A DNA stretch of 64,000 bases from a virus. The DNA lies in the IMG/VR virus record IMGVR_UViG_3300031841_004047. One strand, 5' to 3'. Below are positions 9,848-19,882 of this stretch, in pieces (within the stretch, counting starts at the first letter, position 1; every line of letters begins with the position of its first letter). A program made the position numbers and the translations under genes. Below the pieces are notes generated by a model. It ran no database searches. It worked only from the letters and a program-made list of their open reading frames with translations, and was not told the DNA's origin.

Positions 9848-12333
9848 TGGTTAGTAAAGCTTTATCACTCGCAAAACTATTAGGTGACAACAATAAGTTG
9901 TCCACGGATACTTTTGGGGACGATGTTTCTACGATTGAACAAGCTTCAAGCACTGACGTATTAACTAACTTAGGCAATGCTGTTGGAGATCAAAGACTAG
10001 TAGGAAGTAATCTTTATATCTGGAACGGAACGGGCTGGTACAGGATTGCTTTGATTAATCAAACTCCTACATGGGATTCCGGTGGTCAGCCTTCTGGTTC
10101 TTATGTGCTGGATGCAGATAGTCCACAAGATGCTACCGTTATTACGTTAGCAGCAAGTGATCCAGACGGTTTACCAATATCATATAGTTATGTCACATCT
10201 GGTTCAATGGACTCGATGGCAACAATATCTCAAGACTCGAGTATCTTTACAATTACTCCTAAAACAGTTGCGCAAGTAGGAGAAGGCGTTGAATTAACTG
10301 GTAGTATTACTTTCAGAGCATCTGACGGTGTCAATATTCTTCCTTCAGTTTCATCATTTACATTGAGTTTTATTACCAGTCTAGAAAACAGTAGGTACAC
10401 AACTTTATTGGCAACAGCAGTTGATACTAGCGATAATAATAACATAACCGATAGTTCAACTAGCAACCATACGATCACAGTAACTGGTGATGCTCATGCC
10501 GGCACGTTTAGTCCGTATCGGCACGGTGGATATAGCACTTACTTCGATGGAAATGGGGATTATATTGGTGTAGGTTCAGCTATAGTTCCTACAGCATATG
10601 ATACTGATTACACCATTGAAATGTGGATATACCCAACCACTACAGGTTCGAGGGAAGATATATTTAATCAATATGCGGCAACTGCCAGTGGCAGAATGGC
10701 TATAAATATTAATACCGATGCTACTATTTCTTTTTTCCAAAACGGGCTATCCCCAGCGGAAACAAAATCCTCTGCTATATCTGCTAATAACTGGTATCAT
10801 CTAGCAGTAGTTAATTCCAGTGGAACCAGATCTTTTTATGTTAATGGAAGTTTAATTGGGACCGCTACTGGAACCGCAAGTATGTATAACGGAAATACTG
10901 AAATTGGTCGCTTGGGTGATGTAGGTTCAAATTATTTTACAGGTTATATTACTGATGTAAGAGTAGTAAACGGAACCGCGGTATACACTGGCAGTTTTAC
11001 CCCACCAACAGATCGTCTTACCGCTGTAGCAAACACTTCTCTACTTACTTGCCACCTTCCATACATAGCAGATGGTTCTTCTAGCGCTCACTCAATCACA
11101 GTGAACGGCGACACTTCAACAAAACCATTCACTCCTTACGACAACTTAGAATACGCAGCAGCAGATCACGGTGGGTCGGTGGTCTTTGATGGGTCTGGGG
11201 ATTATCTAACATATTCTGCTGGTAATGAAATAGGATTTAGCACAGGTGATTTTACTGTTGAGTTTTGGGCGTACAATAAGTTTTCAACTGGAAGTCTGCA
11301 AAAAATTATTGAAACAAGAACGGCATCAAATTGGATTATCCAGATTGCTTCAACTAACCATTTTCAATGGTACAATGGCTCAACTACTGTATTTAATTAT
11401 GACATTTCTTATACGAAAAATACATGGGCACATTTTGTAGTAACAAGAGATGGGACAACTCTTCGATTGTTTGTAAATGGTAGACTTGTAAGCACTACTA
11501 CAGATAGTGTTTCTTATTCGGTGTCGTCAGGAACTGTATATATTTCTAGAAGATATAACGATAACTTAGATTATTTTTCTGGGTATTTAACTGATTTGCG
11601 AATAGTTAAAGGCAGTGTTGTTACGGAGTATCAAACTTCTTCTACAACTACAGATACCCAAATATTTACCCCACCAACTGCCCCTCTTACAGCAATTACA
11701 GACACTTCACTACTTATCTCAGGTACAGATGCTTCTATTATTGATAAGTCACAAACCAGCAATTTAAAACTTGTTGGAAACACCACTGGTTCAACCGCTC
11801 AGGCTAAGTTTGCGAATACTAAGTCAATGTATTTTGATGGGAACGGGGATAGCGTGTTTGTGCCTTACGAGAGTATCCCCAGCTTTGGAATAATAGAATT
11901 TACTATTGAGGGCTGGATCTATATGAACAACCTTACAGGAAACCAACTGATCGTAGACAAATGGGTTTCTGGCAACTCTCAAGGTTTTCAATTTTATCAT
12001 AGGTCTACAGGGTCATCATTGACGTTTTACGTTGGAAACGTAATCGTTGTTCAAGACCCAAGCAGTTCCAGTATTTCGGCGCAGACATGGCACCACGTTG
12101 CTGTAACTAGAGATTCAGGTGCTAACGTAAGATTATATGTGGATGGCCTTAAAAAAGCTCAGTCCTTTTCCCCTGTAAGTTTAGATAACACGCTTCCTTT
12201 ACGTTTGGGCGCATCGGCAACATCAACCAATTACTTCAATGGTTATATGCAAGATGTCAGGCTGAGTAACAAGGCTCTTTACACTGCTGATGACGAAAGT
12301 AGTAACATCCCATCCGAACCACTGAAAGGATAG
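9847..12333 (+). CDS. Stalk + 3x LamG fibre/appendage protein, paralogue B
   Basis: YIWNGTGWY motif, cadherin/Ig-like ASDPDGLPISYSY...FRASDG, three LamG-like domains. Confidence 0.85.
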   Translation: MVSKALSLAKLLGDNNKLSTDTFGDDVSTIEQASSTDVLTNLGNAVGDQRLVGSNLYIWNGTGWYRIALINQTPTWDSGGQPSGSYVLDADSPQDATVITLAASDPDGLPISYSYVTSGSMDSMATISQDSSIFTITPKTVAQVGEGVELTGSITFRASDGVNILPSVSSFTLSFITSLENSRYTTLLATAVDTSDNNNITDSSTSNHTITVTGDAHAGTFSPYRHGGYSTYFDGNGDYIGVGSAIVPTAYDTDYTIEMWIYPTTTGSREDIFNQYAATASGRMAININTDATISFFQNGLSPAETKSSAISANNWYHLAVVNSSGTRSFYVNGSLIGTATGTASMYNGNTEIGRLGDVGSNYFTGYITDVRVVNGTAVYTGSFTPPTDRLTAVANTSLLTCHLPYIADGSSSAHSITVNGDTSTKPFTPYDNLEYAAADHGGSVVFDGSGDYLTYSAGNEIGFSTGDFTVEFWAYNKFSTGSLQKIIETRTASNWIIQIASTNHFQWYNGSTTVFNYDISYTKNTWAHFVVTRDGTTLRLFVNGRLVSTTTDSVSYSVSSGTVYISRRYNDNLDYFSGYLTDLRIVKGSVVTEYQTSSTTTDTQIFTPPTAPLTAITDTSLLISGTDASIIDKSQTSNLKLVGNTTGSTAQAKFANTKSMYFDGNGDSVFVPYESIPSFGIIEFTIEGWIYMNNLTGNQLIVDKWVSGNSQGFQFYHRSTGSSLTFYVGNVIVVQDPSSSSISAQTWHHVAVTRDSGANVRLYVDGLKKAQSFSPVSLDNTLPLRLGASATSTNYFNGYMQDVRLSNKALYTADDESSNIPSEPLKG

Positions 12334-12337
12334 TACA

Positions 12338-12577
12338 ATGAAAACCTTTAAATCATTTTCAGAAGGATCTGGAAAAAAACCGGAATCGTGGGAAGCTGGT
12401 TATAAAAGACGTGTGGTTAAAACAACAAAACCTGAGCACAAAGAAAAGGGTTATGACTGGAGAATCAAGGGTAAAGATCGTCCTGAGATCTCTATTAAAC
12501 TATACAAGAATAAACCTTCTCAATCAGAGTTTAATAAACAAATGAGAAGAGTAGCGGGACATGAATTTGGAGGCTAA
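12338..12577 (+). CDS. Small basic protein with capsid-targeting-like N-terminus (MKTFKSFSEG)
   Basis: N-terminus resembles the T4 internal protein leaders MKTFKEF / MKTYQEFIAE. Confidence 0.65.
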   Translation: MKTFKSFSEGSGKKPESWEAGYKRRVVKTTKPEHKEKGYDWRIKGKDRPEISIKLYKNKPSQSEFNKQMRRVAGHEFGG

Positions 12578-12579
12578 GA

Positions 12580-15129
12580 ATGCCAAGTAAAAGTAGGTTA
12601 GTATCTAAAGCTTTCAGTACTTCTGGGGTTTTATCGACTATAGCGTCTGAAAACCCGACCGTTGATACAGGAACTACACAAATCGCAAACGTTGATGCTC
12701 TTCCTACTTCAGGAAATGAAACTGGTGATCAACTTTTCATTGAAGCTACTAATAGATTGTATATATGGAACGGGTCTGGCTGGTACAACATAGCTCTTAT
12801 TAATACAAGTCCAACGTGGGATTCTGGAGGGCAACCCGCTGCATCCTATGAGTTAGACGTTGATAGCCCACAAGATGCTACGATAATAAGTTTAGCTGCG
12901 TCTGATGCTGAAGGCTTGCCGATTCAGTATTCATACGTCACGTCTGGATCAATGGACTCGATGGCAACTATCAGCCAAGATTCATCAGTGTTCACAATTA
13001 CTCCAAAAACAGTTGCGCAAGTAGGAGAAGGTGTTGAATTAACTGGTAGTATTACTTTCAGAGCATCTGACGGTGTAAATATTCTTCCTAGTATATCTAG
13101 TTTTGTTCTTAATTTTGTTTTCACTGTAGAAAATAGCAAGTATACAACTCTATTGTTAGAAGCGGTTGATACTTCAGATAACAATAATATAATCGATTCA
13201 TCTTCCAACAACCACGCTATCACGGTAACAGGGGATGCTAGAGCCAGCTCGTATAGTCCGTATCGTCATGGTGGGTATAGTACTTATTTTGATGGGACTG
13301 GAGATAAACTATCCGTATCTAATAATTCAAATTTTGATGTTGGCTCTAATGATTTTACTTTGGAATTTTGGTATTATCCTCAAACATCAGTTCTTAATGG
13401 ATTTATAGCGGGTTATTACTCATCAACAAATAATCAACGTAGTTATGCTATCCGTCACGACGATGTAACCGGTAATTTATCAATGGTCTTTTCTACCGAT
13501 GGAACCTTCCAAAGTGGAAATGCCACTTCAAGTAACATAACACCAACAGACATGAATAATAAATGGAATCATATTGCTATTACAAAATCAGGAACAACAG
13601 CAAAGCTCTGGCATAATGGTAATTTAGTGGCAACTAATTCATCAGCACCAACAACATTATATTCACCGACATCCGGTCCTTTTAATATAGGTACATTTAA
13701 TGATAGCACTTACATACAAGGATATCTAACAGATGTTAGGTTAGTGGTTGGTACGGAATTATACACCAGCAACTTTACTCCACCATCTACACGTCTTACC
13801 GCCATAACAAATACTTCATTACTCACCTGCCATCTCCCGTACTTTGCGGATGGTTCTACCAACAATCATGCTATTACTGTAAGCGGCAATCCTGTAACGA
13901 GTCCGTTTGGTCCCTATGACAACAAAAAATACTCAGCATCAAGTCACGGAGGGTCTGTGTATTTCGATGGGTCTGGGGATTATCTAACTATTTCAAATGA
14001 TACTTCGCTAAACTTAGCAAATACAAGTTTTACGATTGAGTGTTGGGTATTTCCTATGCTTGACTATAGTAACTATAGAACTATTTTTTGTAAGCGGGTC
14101 AGTGGTAGCTTAACTACAAGTTATCAGGGCTATTTAGCCACTAGCACCGGCAGAATTGGATTTTATAATGGGACAGTTTATGAAAGTTCCACTGTTTTAG
14201 TAAGTAATGCTTGGAGCCATTGTGCGTGGGTATATGATGGCACAAATATTAAAATTTTTGTAAATGGCACTCAGGTGCTTTCTCAAACTACAAGTATATC
14301 TGAGATAGATGAGCCTCTCTCTATTGGATTTACAAGAGGATATACTGAAATATTCGGCGGATATATTTCTGATTTTAGAATAGTCAAAGGCACCGCTGTT
14401 TATACTGGTAATTTCACTCCACCAACCTTTCCTCTTACTGCAGTTACAAACACTTCACTACTTCTCTCGGGCACTGACGCATCTATCATAGATAAGTCAC
14501 AAACCAGCAATTTAAAACTTGTTGGAAACACTACTGGTTCAACAACTCAGGTTAAGTTTACGGATACAAAATCTATATATTTTGCTTCAGTCTCGCAGAC
14601 CGATTACGCTAGTTCAAAACATGGTGGACTTTTATCTTTAAGTGGACCATTTACAATTGAATTTTGGTGCAATATGAATACTGGAGGAGCTGTTAATTAT
14701 ACCGCTTTCTTTTATTGGACCGGAACCAATTATGTGGCAAGGTTAACAGATAGTGGATTTGGTAATAGATTACAACTTTGTTTTGACGCTGGGGCACAGA
14801 CTGGTATTTATGCAGTGAATGCAACTCGAACATACTTAGCAGGCCTTGGTTGGTTTCATTTTGCATGGACAAGAGATAATAATAATGATAATAGAATATT
14901 TATTAATGGAAGTATAGTAAATGTTACTGGAGGCTCTAATTGGTCCTCCTATCCATCTCCAAGTTCATTCCCACTAAGTTCTTTTAATGACAATAGAACA
15001 CTTGGCAGTTCTGCTGATTTTGTTTTTGCCGCTGGAGATGGTGGTTATGTTCAAGACTTCAGAGTCACTAAAGGTCTCGCAAGATACACCGCAAACTTTA
15101 CACCGCCAACCGAACCACTTTTAGGATAA
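12580..15129 (+). CDS. Stalk + 3x LamG fibre/appendage protein, paralogue C
   Basis: Same stalk and family C-terminus (DFRVTKGLARYTANFTPPTEPLLG). Confidence 0.85.
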   Translation: MPSKSRLVSKAFSTSGVLSTIASENPTVDTGTTQIANVDALPTSGNETGDQLFIEATNRLYIWNGSGWYNIALINTSPTWDSGGQPAASYELDVDSPQDATIISLAASDAEGLPIQYSYVTSGSMDSMATISQDSSVFTITPKTVAQVGEGVELTGSITFRASDGVNILPSISSFVLNFVFTVENSKYTTLLLEAVDTSDNNNIIDSSSNNHAITVTGDARASSYSPYRHGGYSTYFDGTGDKLSVSNNSNFDVGSNDFTLEFWYYPQTSVLNGFIAGYYSSTNNQRSYAIRHDDVTGNLSMVFSTDGTFQSGNATSSNITPTDMNNKWNHIAITKSGTTAKLWHNGNLVATNSSAPTTLYSPTSGPFNIGTFNDSTYIQGYLTDVRLVVGTELYTSNFTPPSTRLTAITNTSLLTCHLPYFADGSTNNHAITVSGNPVTSPFGPYDNKKYSASSHGGSVYFDGSGDYLTISNDTSLNLANTSFTIECWVFPMLDYSNYRTIFCKRVSGSLTTSYQGYLATSTGRIGFYNGTVYESSTVLVSNAWSHCAWVYDGTNIKIFVNGTQVLSQTTSISEIDEPLSIGFTRGYTEIFGGYISDFRIVKGTAVYTGNFTPPTFPLTAVTNTSLLLSGTDASIIDKSQTSNLKLVGNTTGSTTQVKFTDTKSIYFASVSQTDYASSKHGGLLSLSGPFTIEFWCNMNTGGAVNYTAFFYWTGTNYVARLTDSGFGNRLQLCFDAGAQTGIYAVNATRTYLAGLGWFHFAWTRDNNNDNRIFINGSIVNVTGGSNWSSYPSPSSFPLSSFNDNRTLGSSADFVFAAGDGGYVQDFRVTKGLARYTANFTPPTEPLLG

Positions 15130-15131
15130 AC

Positions 15132-17660
15132 ATGAGTAGGACAAGATCTATATCAAGAGCTTTTGGTTCATCTGGTGTTCTATCAGCCGTTACATCAGCA
15201 GTTCCATTTTTTGATAATCAGAAATCAAGCGTGGCTGGTGTTTCAAACTTACCTGATGTTGGAAATGAGGTTGGTGATCAAGTATTCGTTCAAGCTACAA
15301 ATAGAATCTATTACTGGAACGGATACGGCTGGTACAACATCGCTGTTGTAAACAACAGTCCGACTTGGGATTCAGCAGGACCTCCCAGTTCATCATATAC
15401 GTTAGACGCTGACAGCCCGCAAGATGCTACCGTTATTACTTTATCTGCCTCTGATCCTGATGGACTGCCGTTAAGTTATTCTTACGTAACTAGCGGATCC
15501 ATGGACTCGATGGCCACGATCAGCCAAGACTCAAGTGTCTTTACGATCACTCCTAAAACAGTTGCGCAAGTAGGCGCAGGAGTTGAACTAACTGGATCAA
15601 TTACTTTCAGTGCATCTGATGGAGTTAATATTTTACCTCATGTATCAAGTTTTACACTTAGCTTTATATTCGAAGTTGATAACAGTAGGTATACAACATT
15701 ACTCTTAGACGTTGTAGACACTTCAGACAACAATACCATAGTTGATTCATCATCAAATAATGAAACCATAACTGTTTATGGGAACCCTAGTGCCGGTACG
15801 TTTAGTCCATACCGGCATGGTAGCTACACTAACTATTTTGATGGAACTAATAGTTATATACGTTTTAATAACAATGAATTAGAAATAACCACGGAAGATT
15901 TTACAATTGAAGCATGGATAAATTGTAAAGTAGGAACTACAATGTACATTGCAGCAAATGCTATATGGTACCAAGGAGATAATAGAGGTTGGAGGTTGAG
16001 TATTGATACTTCTGGATTGATAAGTTTAAGTGCCTCTCAAGGTGTTTGGAACACCTTTCCAAATATTTATACTTCTACGAATGCCATAACAAGTGATGAA
16101 TGGAATCATATTGCTATATGCAGAGAATCTGGAGTTATTAGTTCATATATAAATGGTATTAAAGATCCAACGACTGTAACTTATTCTTCCTCACTAAATC
16201 AACTTGGAGATAATGACGGAAGTCCCAACGCAGCTATTTCTTATGTTGGAACTTATTTAGCAGATAATATAATCCGCAACCCTTTTCTTGGAAATATGGC
16301 TGATTTTCATTTTAAACTTGGTTCAGCAAAATATAATTCTAATTTTGATGTTCCAACCGAAAGATTGACTGCTGAAACTGGCACCACTATACTATTATTT
16401 AATGATGGAAGGGAAGTAAAAGATAACTCTGTAAACAACTATTCTTTTACTAATGCCTCAGTAGGTTTTAAGCCTCCGGGTCTCTATGACAACTTGGAAT
16501 ACTTGGCGACAGATCATGGTACATCTATATATTTTGATGGCTCTGGGGATACACTGGAACTACAATCAAGTGTTGCAAACGTGGTGTCAGTCGACTTTAC
16601 TGCCGAGTGCTGGATATATCCACGCGTTCTTGGTGGAGCTATAATGGATAAGGATCATAAACCAAATGTATCTTTTCCATTATGGGCTTTAACTATATCA
16701 AGTACAGGTGTACTTAACAACTTTATTGGTAGCGGTAACGGAACTTCAAGTTCTCAACTAATATCAACTGCAGCGGGTGTCATCAAACTAAATACGTGGC
16801 ACCACATTGTTGTTACTAAAAGCGGAAGTACACTTACAACTTATGTTGATGGTGTTCAAGAATCTAGTGCTACAATAACTGCAAACCTAATTGATGGAGG
16901 AAAGCCTTTTTATATCGGTTCGAGATCAAAGACCGATCAATGGTTTAATGGCTATATAGCAGACCTTCGATTTGTAAAAGGATCTGTTCTCTATACTTCC
17001 AACTTTACACCACCAACAGCGCCTTACACTACTTCTACTGGTCTGGATCTTCATCTCAAAGGAACGGAAGCTTCAATCATAGATAAGTCCCAGACTAATA
17101 ATCTCCAGCTTGTTGGAAACACTACTGGATCAACCACTCAAACTAAGTTTGCTAATACTAAGTCAATGTATTTTGATGGAACTGGAGATTATGTAATAAT
17201 AAATGATACTAACATAGCCAATTTTGGAACAAGTGATTTTACTATTGAAACGTGGGTTTATTGTGAAGATACTAATACAAATCAAATAATTGAAACAAGA
17301 CCAAGCAATACAAACGGATCATATATCTCTGCTGGTATTCAAGCCGGGTCAGGAATTTTCTTTTATACCAATAATGCATACGCACATACAGGTACTAGGA
17401 TAGGGACTATTAATACCGGTCAATGGCACCATGTTGCCTGGGTTCGTTACAATGGAACAATTACTTCATACATTGATGGAGTAAGTGTAGGCTCTGCATC
17501 AAATACTACAAATGTTATTTCAAGTAATACTTATATCGGATGGAATGCTTTTGCTGGAGACAACACTGGTTCAGTTTATATTCAAGATTTTAGAGTTACT
17601 AGAAACATAGCAAGATATACCGCAAACTTTACACCACCAACCGCACCGTTTAAAGGTTAA
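15132..17660 (+). CDS. Stalk + 3x LamG fibre/appendage protein, paralogue D
   Basis: Same architecture; last domain nearly identical to that of paralogue A. Confidence 0.85.
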   Translation: MSRTRSISRAFGSSGVLSAVTSAVPFFDNQKSSVAGVSNLPDVGNEVGDQVFVQATNRIYYWNGYGWYNIAVVNNSPTWDSAGPPSSSYTLDADSPQDATVITLSASDPDGLPLSYSYVTSGSMDSMATISQDSSVFTITPKTVAQVGAGVELTGSITFSASDGVNILPHVSSFTLSFIFEVDNSRYTTLLLDVVDTSDNNTIVDSSSNNETITVYGNPSAGTFSPYRHGSYTNYFDGTNSYIRFNNNELEITTEDFTIEAWINCKVGTTMYIAANAIWYQGDNRGWRLSIDTSGLISLSASQGVWNTFPNIYTSTNAITSDEWNHIAICRESGVISSYINGIKDPTTVTYSSSLNQLGDNDGSPNAAISYVGTYLADNIIRNPFLGNMADFHFKLGSAKYNSNFDVPTERLTAETGTTILLFNDGREVKDNSVNNYSFTNASVGFKPPGLYDNLEYLATDHGTSIYFDGSGDTLELQSSVANVVSVDFTAECWIYPRVLGGAIMDKDHKPNVSFPLWALTISSTGVLNNFIGSGNGTSSSQLISTAAGVIKLNTWHHIVVTKSGSTLTTYVDGVQESSATITANLIDGGKPFYIGSRSKTDQWFNGYIADLRFVKGSVLYTSNFTPPTAPYTTSTGLDLHLKGTEASIIDKSQTNNLQLVGNTTGSTTQTKFANTKSMYFDGTGDYVIINDTNIANFGTSDFTIETWVYCEDTNTNQIIETRPSNTNGSYISAGIQAGSGIFFYTNNAYAHTGTRIGTINTGQWHHVAWVRYNGTITSYIDGVSVGSASNTTNVISSNTYIGWNAFAGDNTGSVYIQDFRVTRNIARYTANFTPPTAPFKG

Positions 17661-17875
17661 TTATAAACTTTAACATTGTTTGGGTCGACCAATACAGGTT
17701 TGCAATAACCAGTTGCCCGGTGTTCTTTTGGAACATCTTTATAGTACTTATAGTTTCCGTATCTTTTTACGAGTTGGCTTGCAAAGTAGTTGCAACGGTT
17801 TACATCCCAAAAATGCATATCTTGACTTATAGTTGACCCGTTTAGTACCAAAACTAAAACAAAAACGTGAGTCAT
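17657..17875 (-). CDS. Small secreted/membrane hypothetical protein (MTHVFVLVLVL...)
   Basis: ATG at 17875 overlaps the stop of the upstream minus-strand gene; hydrophobic N-terminus and two Cys. Confidence 0.6.
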   Translation of the reverse strand: MTHVFVLVLVLNGSTISQDMHFWDVNRCNYFASQLVKRYGNYKYYKDVPKEHRATGYCKPVLVDPNNVKVYN

Positions 17876-18357
17876 TAGAACCAACCAGCCCCGGTTCCTA
17901 CTAGCCAGAATCCTCCAAATACAATTGCAAATAATGCTAATACCAAACCTATTATGGCACAGTTTTCAAAGAAGGCTCTTCTTGCTTCCATTTGTCGATA
18001 AACTGTTTCTTCACGTTCCTTTTTTATCTTGCGTCGAAGCTCAATCATTTCTTTCCAAGTGCCGTATCCAAACCTTATGTTTAACATATCCTGAAGTTGT
18101 TTTTCTTGTTCTTCCATCTTCTTTTTATGAACAAGAATTTCGAGTGCTTCTTGTTCTATAGAACCACCCTTAAATACCTTTGAAAACATTGAAGGATTTT
18201 TACGTTGAGTCTCAGCTCTGCTTAAATCAGCAGCAGCGCCATACCACTTACCAAGTTGTCCTACAACATCTTCTATTTCACGTCCTGCATTTACAAGTTT
18301 TTTTACTCCATTGAATGCGGCCGTAGCAGCAGTAATGGCAGTGATCGGATCGATCAT
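17875..18357 (-). CDS. Hypothetical protein with C-terminal TM helix (MIDPITAITAATAAF...)
   Basis: GAGGA RBS on the minus strand, coiled coil plus TM; downstream of a minus-strand late promoter. Confidence 0.75.
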   Translation of the reverse strand: MIDPITAITAATAAFNGVKKLVNAGREIEDVVGQLGKWYGAAADLSRAETQRKNPSMFSKVFKGGSIEQEALEILVHKKKMEEQEKQLQDMLNIRFGYGTWKEMIELRRKIKKEREETVYRQMEARRAFFENCAIIGLVLALFAIVFGGFWLVGTGAGWF

Positions 18358-18387
18358 GCTAAGTTCCTCGTTTCCTTTTCCTAACTG

Positions 18388-18395
18388 TATTTATA
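18388..18395 (-). promoter_or_regulatory. T4-type late promoter TATAAATA (minus strand)
   Basis: tatttata on the + strand, 30 bp upstream of the 18357 start. Confidence 0.75.
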
Positions 18396-18403
18396 TTATA
18401 CGG

Positions 18404-18432
18404 TTTACAAAAACGAATATATAGTTTATAAT
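18404..18432 (+). promoter_or_regulatory. Sigma70-type early promoter TTTACA-17-TATAAT
   Basis: Exact 17-bp spacing; divergent from the late promoter; precedes the gap operon. Confidence 0.8.
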
Positions 18433-18452
18433 AGTTAAAACGGAGAGGTTAT

Positions 18453-18599
18453 ATGTTTGAAGTTGTAATTGCAGAATCAAAAGAAGTTATCATGACATCC
18501 AGTCGTAAAGAAGACGCCGAAGCTTGCTTAAGATCACTTCTTGAAGTAGATAAGGTGGATGCTTTTATTAGACAAACTAAAGTATTGTTAAATGAATAA
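18453..18599 (+). CDS. Small hypothetical protein (48 aa, MFEVVIAESKEVIM...)
   Basis: Manual translation; GGAGAGG RBS; TAATG overlap with the next gene. Confidence 0.65.
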   Translation: MFEVVIAESKEVIMTSSRKEDAEACLRSLLEVDKVDAFIRQTKVLLNE

Positions 18600-18838
18600 T
18601 GTCTGATTATGAAGCAGAAAAAATAGTTAAGAAGACTTTAGCCGTACGAAGGAAAATAAGAGAATTCTATAGTGAGTTTCCTCAGTACTGTCCATATGGT
18701 TATAAGTTGAAAGATAATCCCACGAAAGCTCAGACTAATAAAACTATAACTAAAAAAGTTATGGCAAAATATGTTGAACCTGAAGTTGTTGAATTAGTCG
18801 ATGATATAAAAGCCAAATTAAAAATGAGAACAAAATGA
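18599..18838 (+). CDS. Hypothetical protein
   Basis: Translationally coupled on both sides. Confidence 0.6.
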   Translation: MSDYEAEKIVKKTLAVRRKIREFYSEFPQYCPYGYKLKDNPTKAQTNKTITKKVMAKYVEPEVVELVDDIKAKLKMRTK

Positions 18839-19803
18839 GAGTTGGTATAAACGGTTTTGGTAGAATTGGCCGATGTCTTGCTAGGCATATAATGCAGGAC
18901 AGAGACGACATGGAACTTGTACAGATAAATGCTAGTGGAGATCCAGAGCAGAACATCCACCTTTTAAAGTATGATAGCGTTCATGGAAGATTTACTCCAA
19001 GGGAAGATCTGACGTATAAGATAAGCTGGAGTCATTCACGTGATAATAAATTTTTAAGTTGGGATGATGTTGATGTGGTATTTGAATGTACTGGTGCTTA
19101 TAACGACGGAGATGTTGCGGTTCATCACATTAATTACGGTAAAGCAAAAAAGGTCTTAATTAGTGCTCCAGCAGTCAACGTAGATAGAACTGTTGTATAC
19201 GGCGTAAACGATAACGAATTAAAATCATCAGATAAAATTGTAAGCAACGCTAGTTGTACGACTAATTGTTTAGCTCCACTGGCAAAAGTATTAGATCAGG
19301 CTTTTGGAATTGAAAGCGGGCAGATGACAACGGTTCATAGTTTTACGGGTGATCAAGGCACAATAGATCGAAGACATAGGGATATGTACAGAGCTCGAGC
19401 TGCTGGATCTAATATGATACCAACAAGTACTGGAGCTGCAAAGGCTTTAAAACACGTTTATCCAAAGCTTGAAGGTAAGATAATGGGTAGCGCCATACGT
19501 GTTCCAACTCAAAACGTAAGCTGTGTGGATCTTACGGTTAATTTAAATACAGACGTCACCAAAGAACTCATTAATGACACAATGTCTCTTGCAAGTCAAA
19601 ATGGATTCAAAGGCATTATTGGTTATGAAGAACTCCCTTTGGTGAGTAGTGATTTTAATACTACAGTTGAGAGCTGCATTTTTGCTCCTGAACAAACTAG
19701 AGTCGTAAATAAAAGAATGGTCAGAGTCTTAGCGTGGTACGATAACGAATGGGCCTTTAGCTGTAGAATGGCAGACGTAGGAAAAAAAATGCAATTAATG
19801 TGA
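18835..19803 (+). CDS. gap: Type I glyceraldehyde-3-phosphate dehydrogenase (auxiliary metabolic gene)
   Basis: GINGFGRIG dinucleotide-binding loop, YDSVHG, catalytic NASCTTNC, TTVHS, IPTSTGAAK, RVPT, WYDNEW. Confidence 0.95.
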   Translation: MRVGINGFGRIGRCLARHIMQDRDDMELVQINASGDPEQNIHLLKYDSVHGRFTPREDLTYKISWSHSRDNKFLSWDDVDVVFECTGAYNDGDVAVHHINYGKAKKVLISAPAVNVDRTVVYGVNDNELKSSDKIVSNASCTTNCLAPLAKVLDQAFGIESGQMTTVHSFTGDQGTIDRRHRDMYRARAAGSNMIPTSTGAAKALKHVYPKLEGKIMGSAIRVPTQNVSCVDLTVNLNTDVTKELINDTMSLASQNGFKGIIGYEELPLVSSDFNTTVESCIFAPEQTRVVNKRMVRVLAWYDNEWAFSCRMADVGKKMQLM

Positions 19804-19806
19804 TTA

Positions 19807-19851
19807 AAATGCATTTTAGCTGTTTACTTTTCATGAAAACTAGTTTATAGT
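19807..19851 (+). promoter_or_regulatory. Early promoter TTTACT-17-TATAGT with upstream AAATGCATTT
   Basis: GTTTAC at 19822-19827, -10 at 19846-19851. Confidence 0.75.
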
Positions 19852-19882
19852 TATTCTATCAAATGAAAAGAGGAATAAAATT

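Noticed and set aside
18835-19803. Erythrose-4-phosphate dehydrogenase (epd) or host contamination
   Set aside because: It keeps GAPDH-type TGAAK and WYDNEW motifs and is translationally coupled to phage-type ORFs between phage promoters. Epd-like activity cannot be excluded without an assay.
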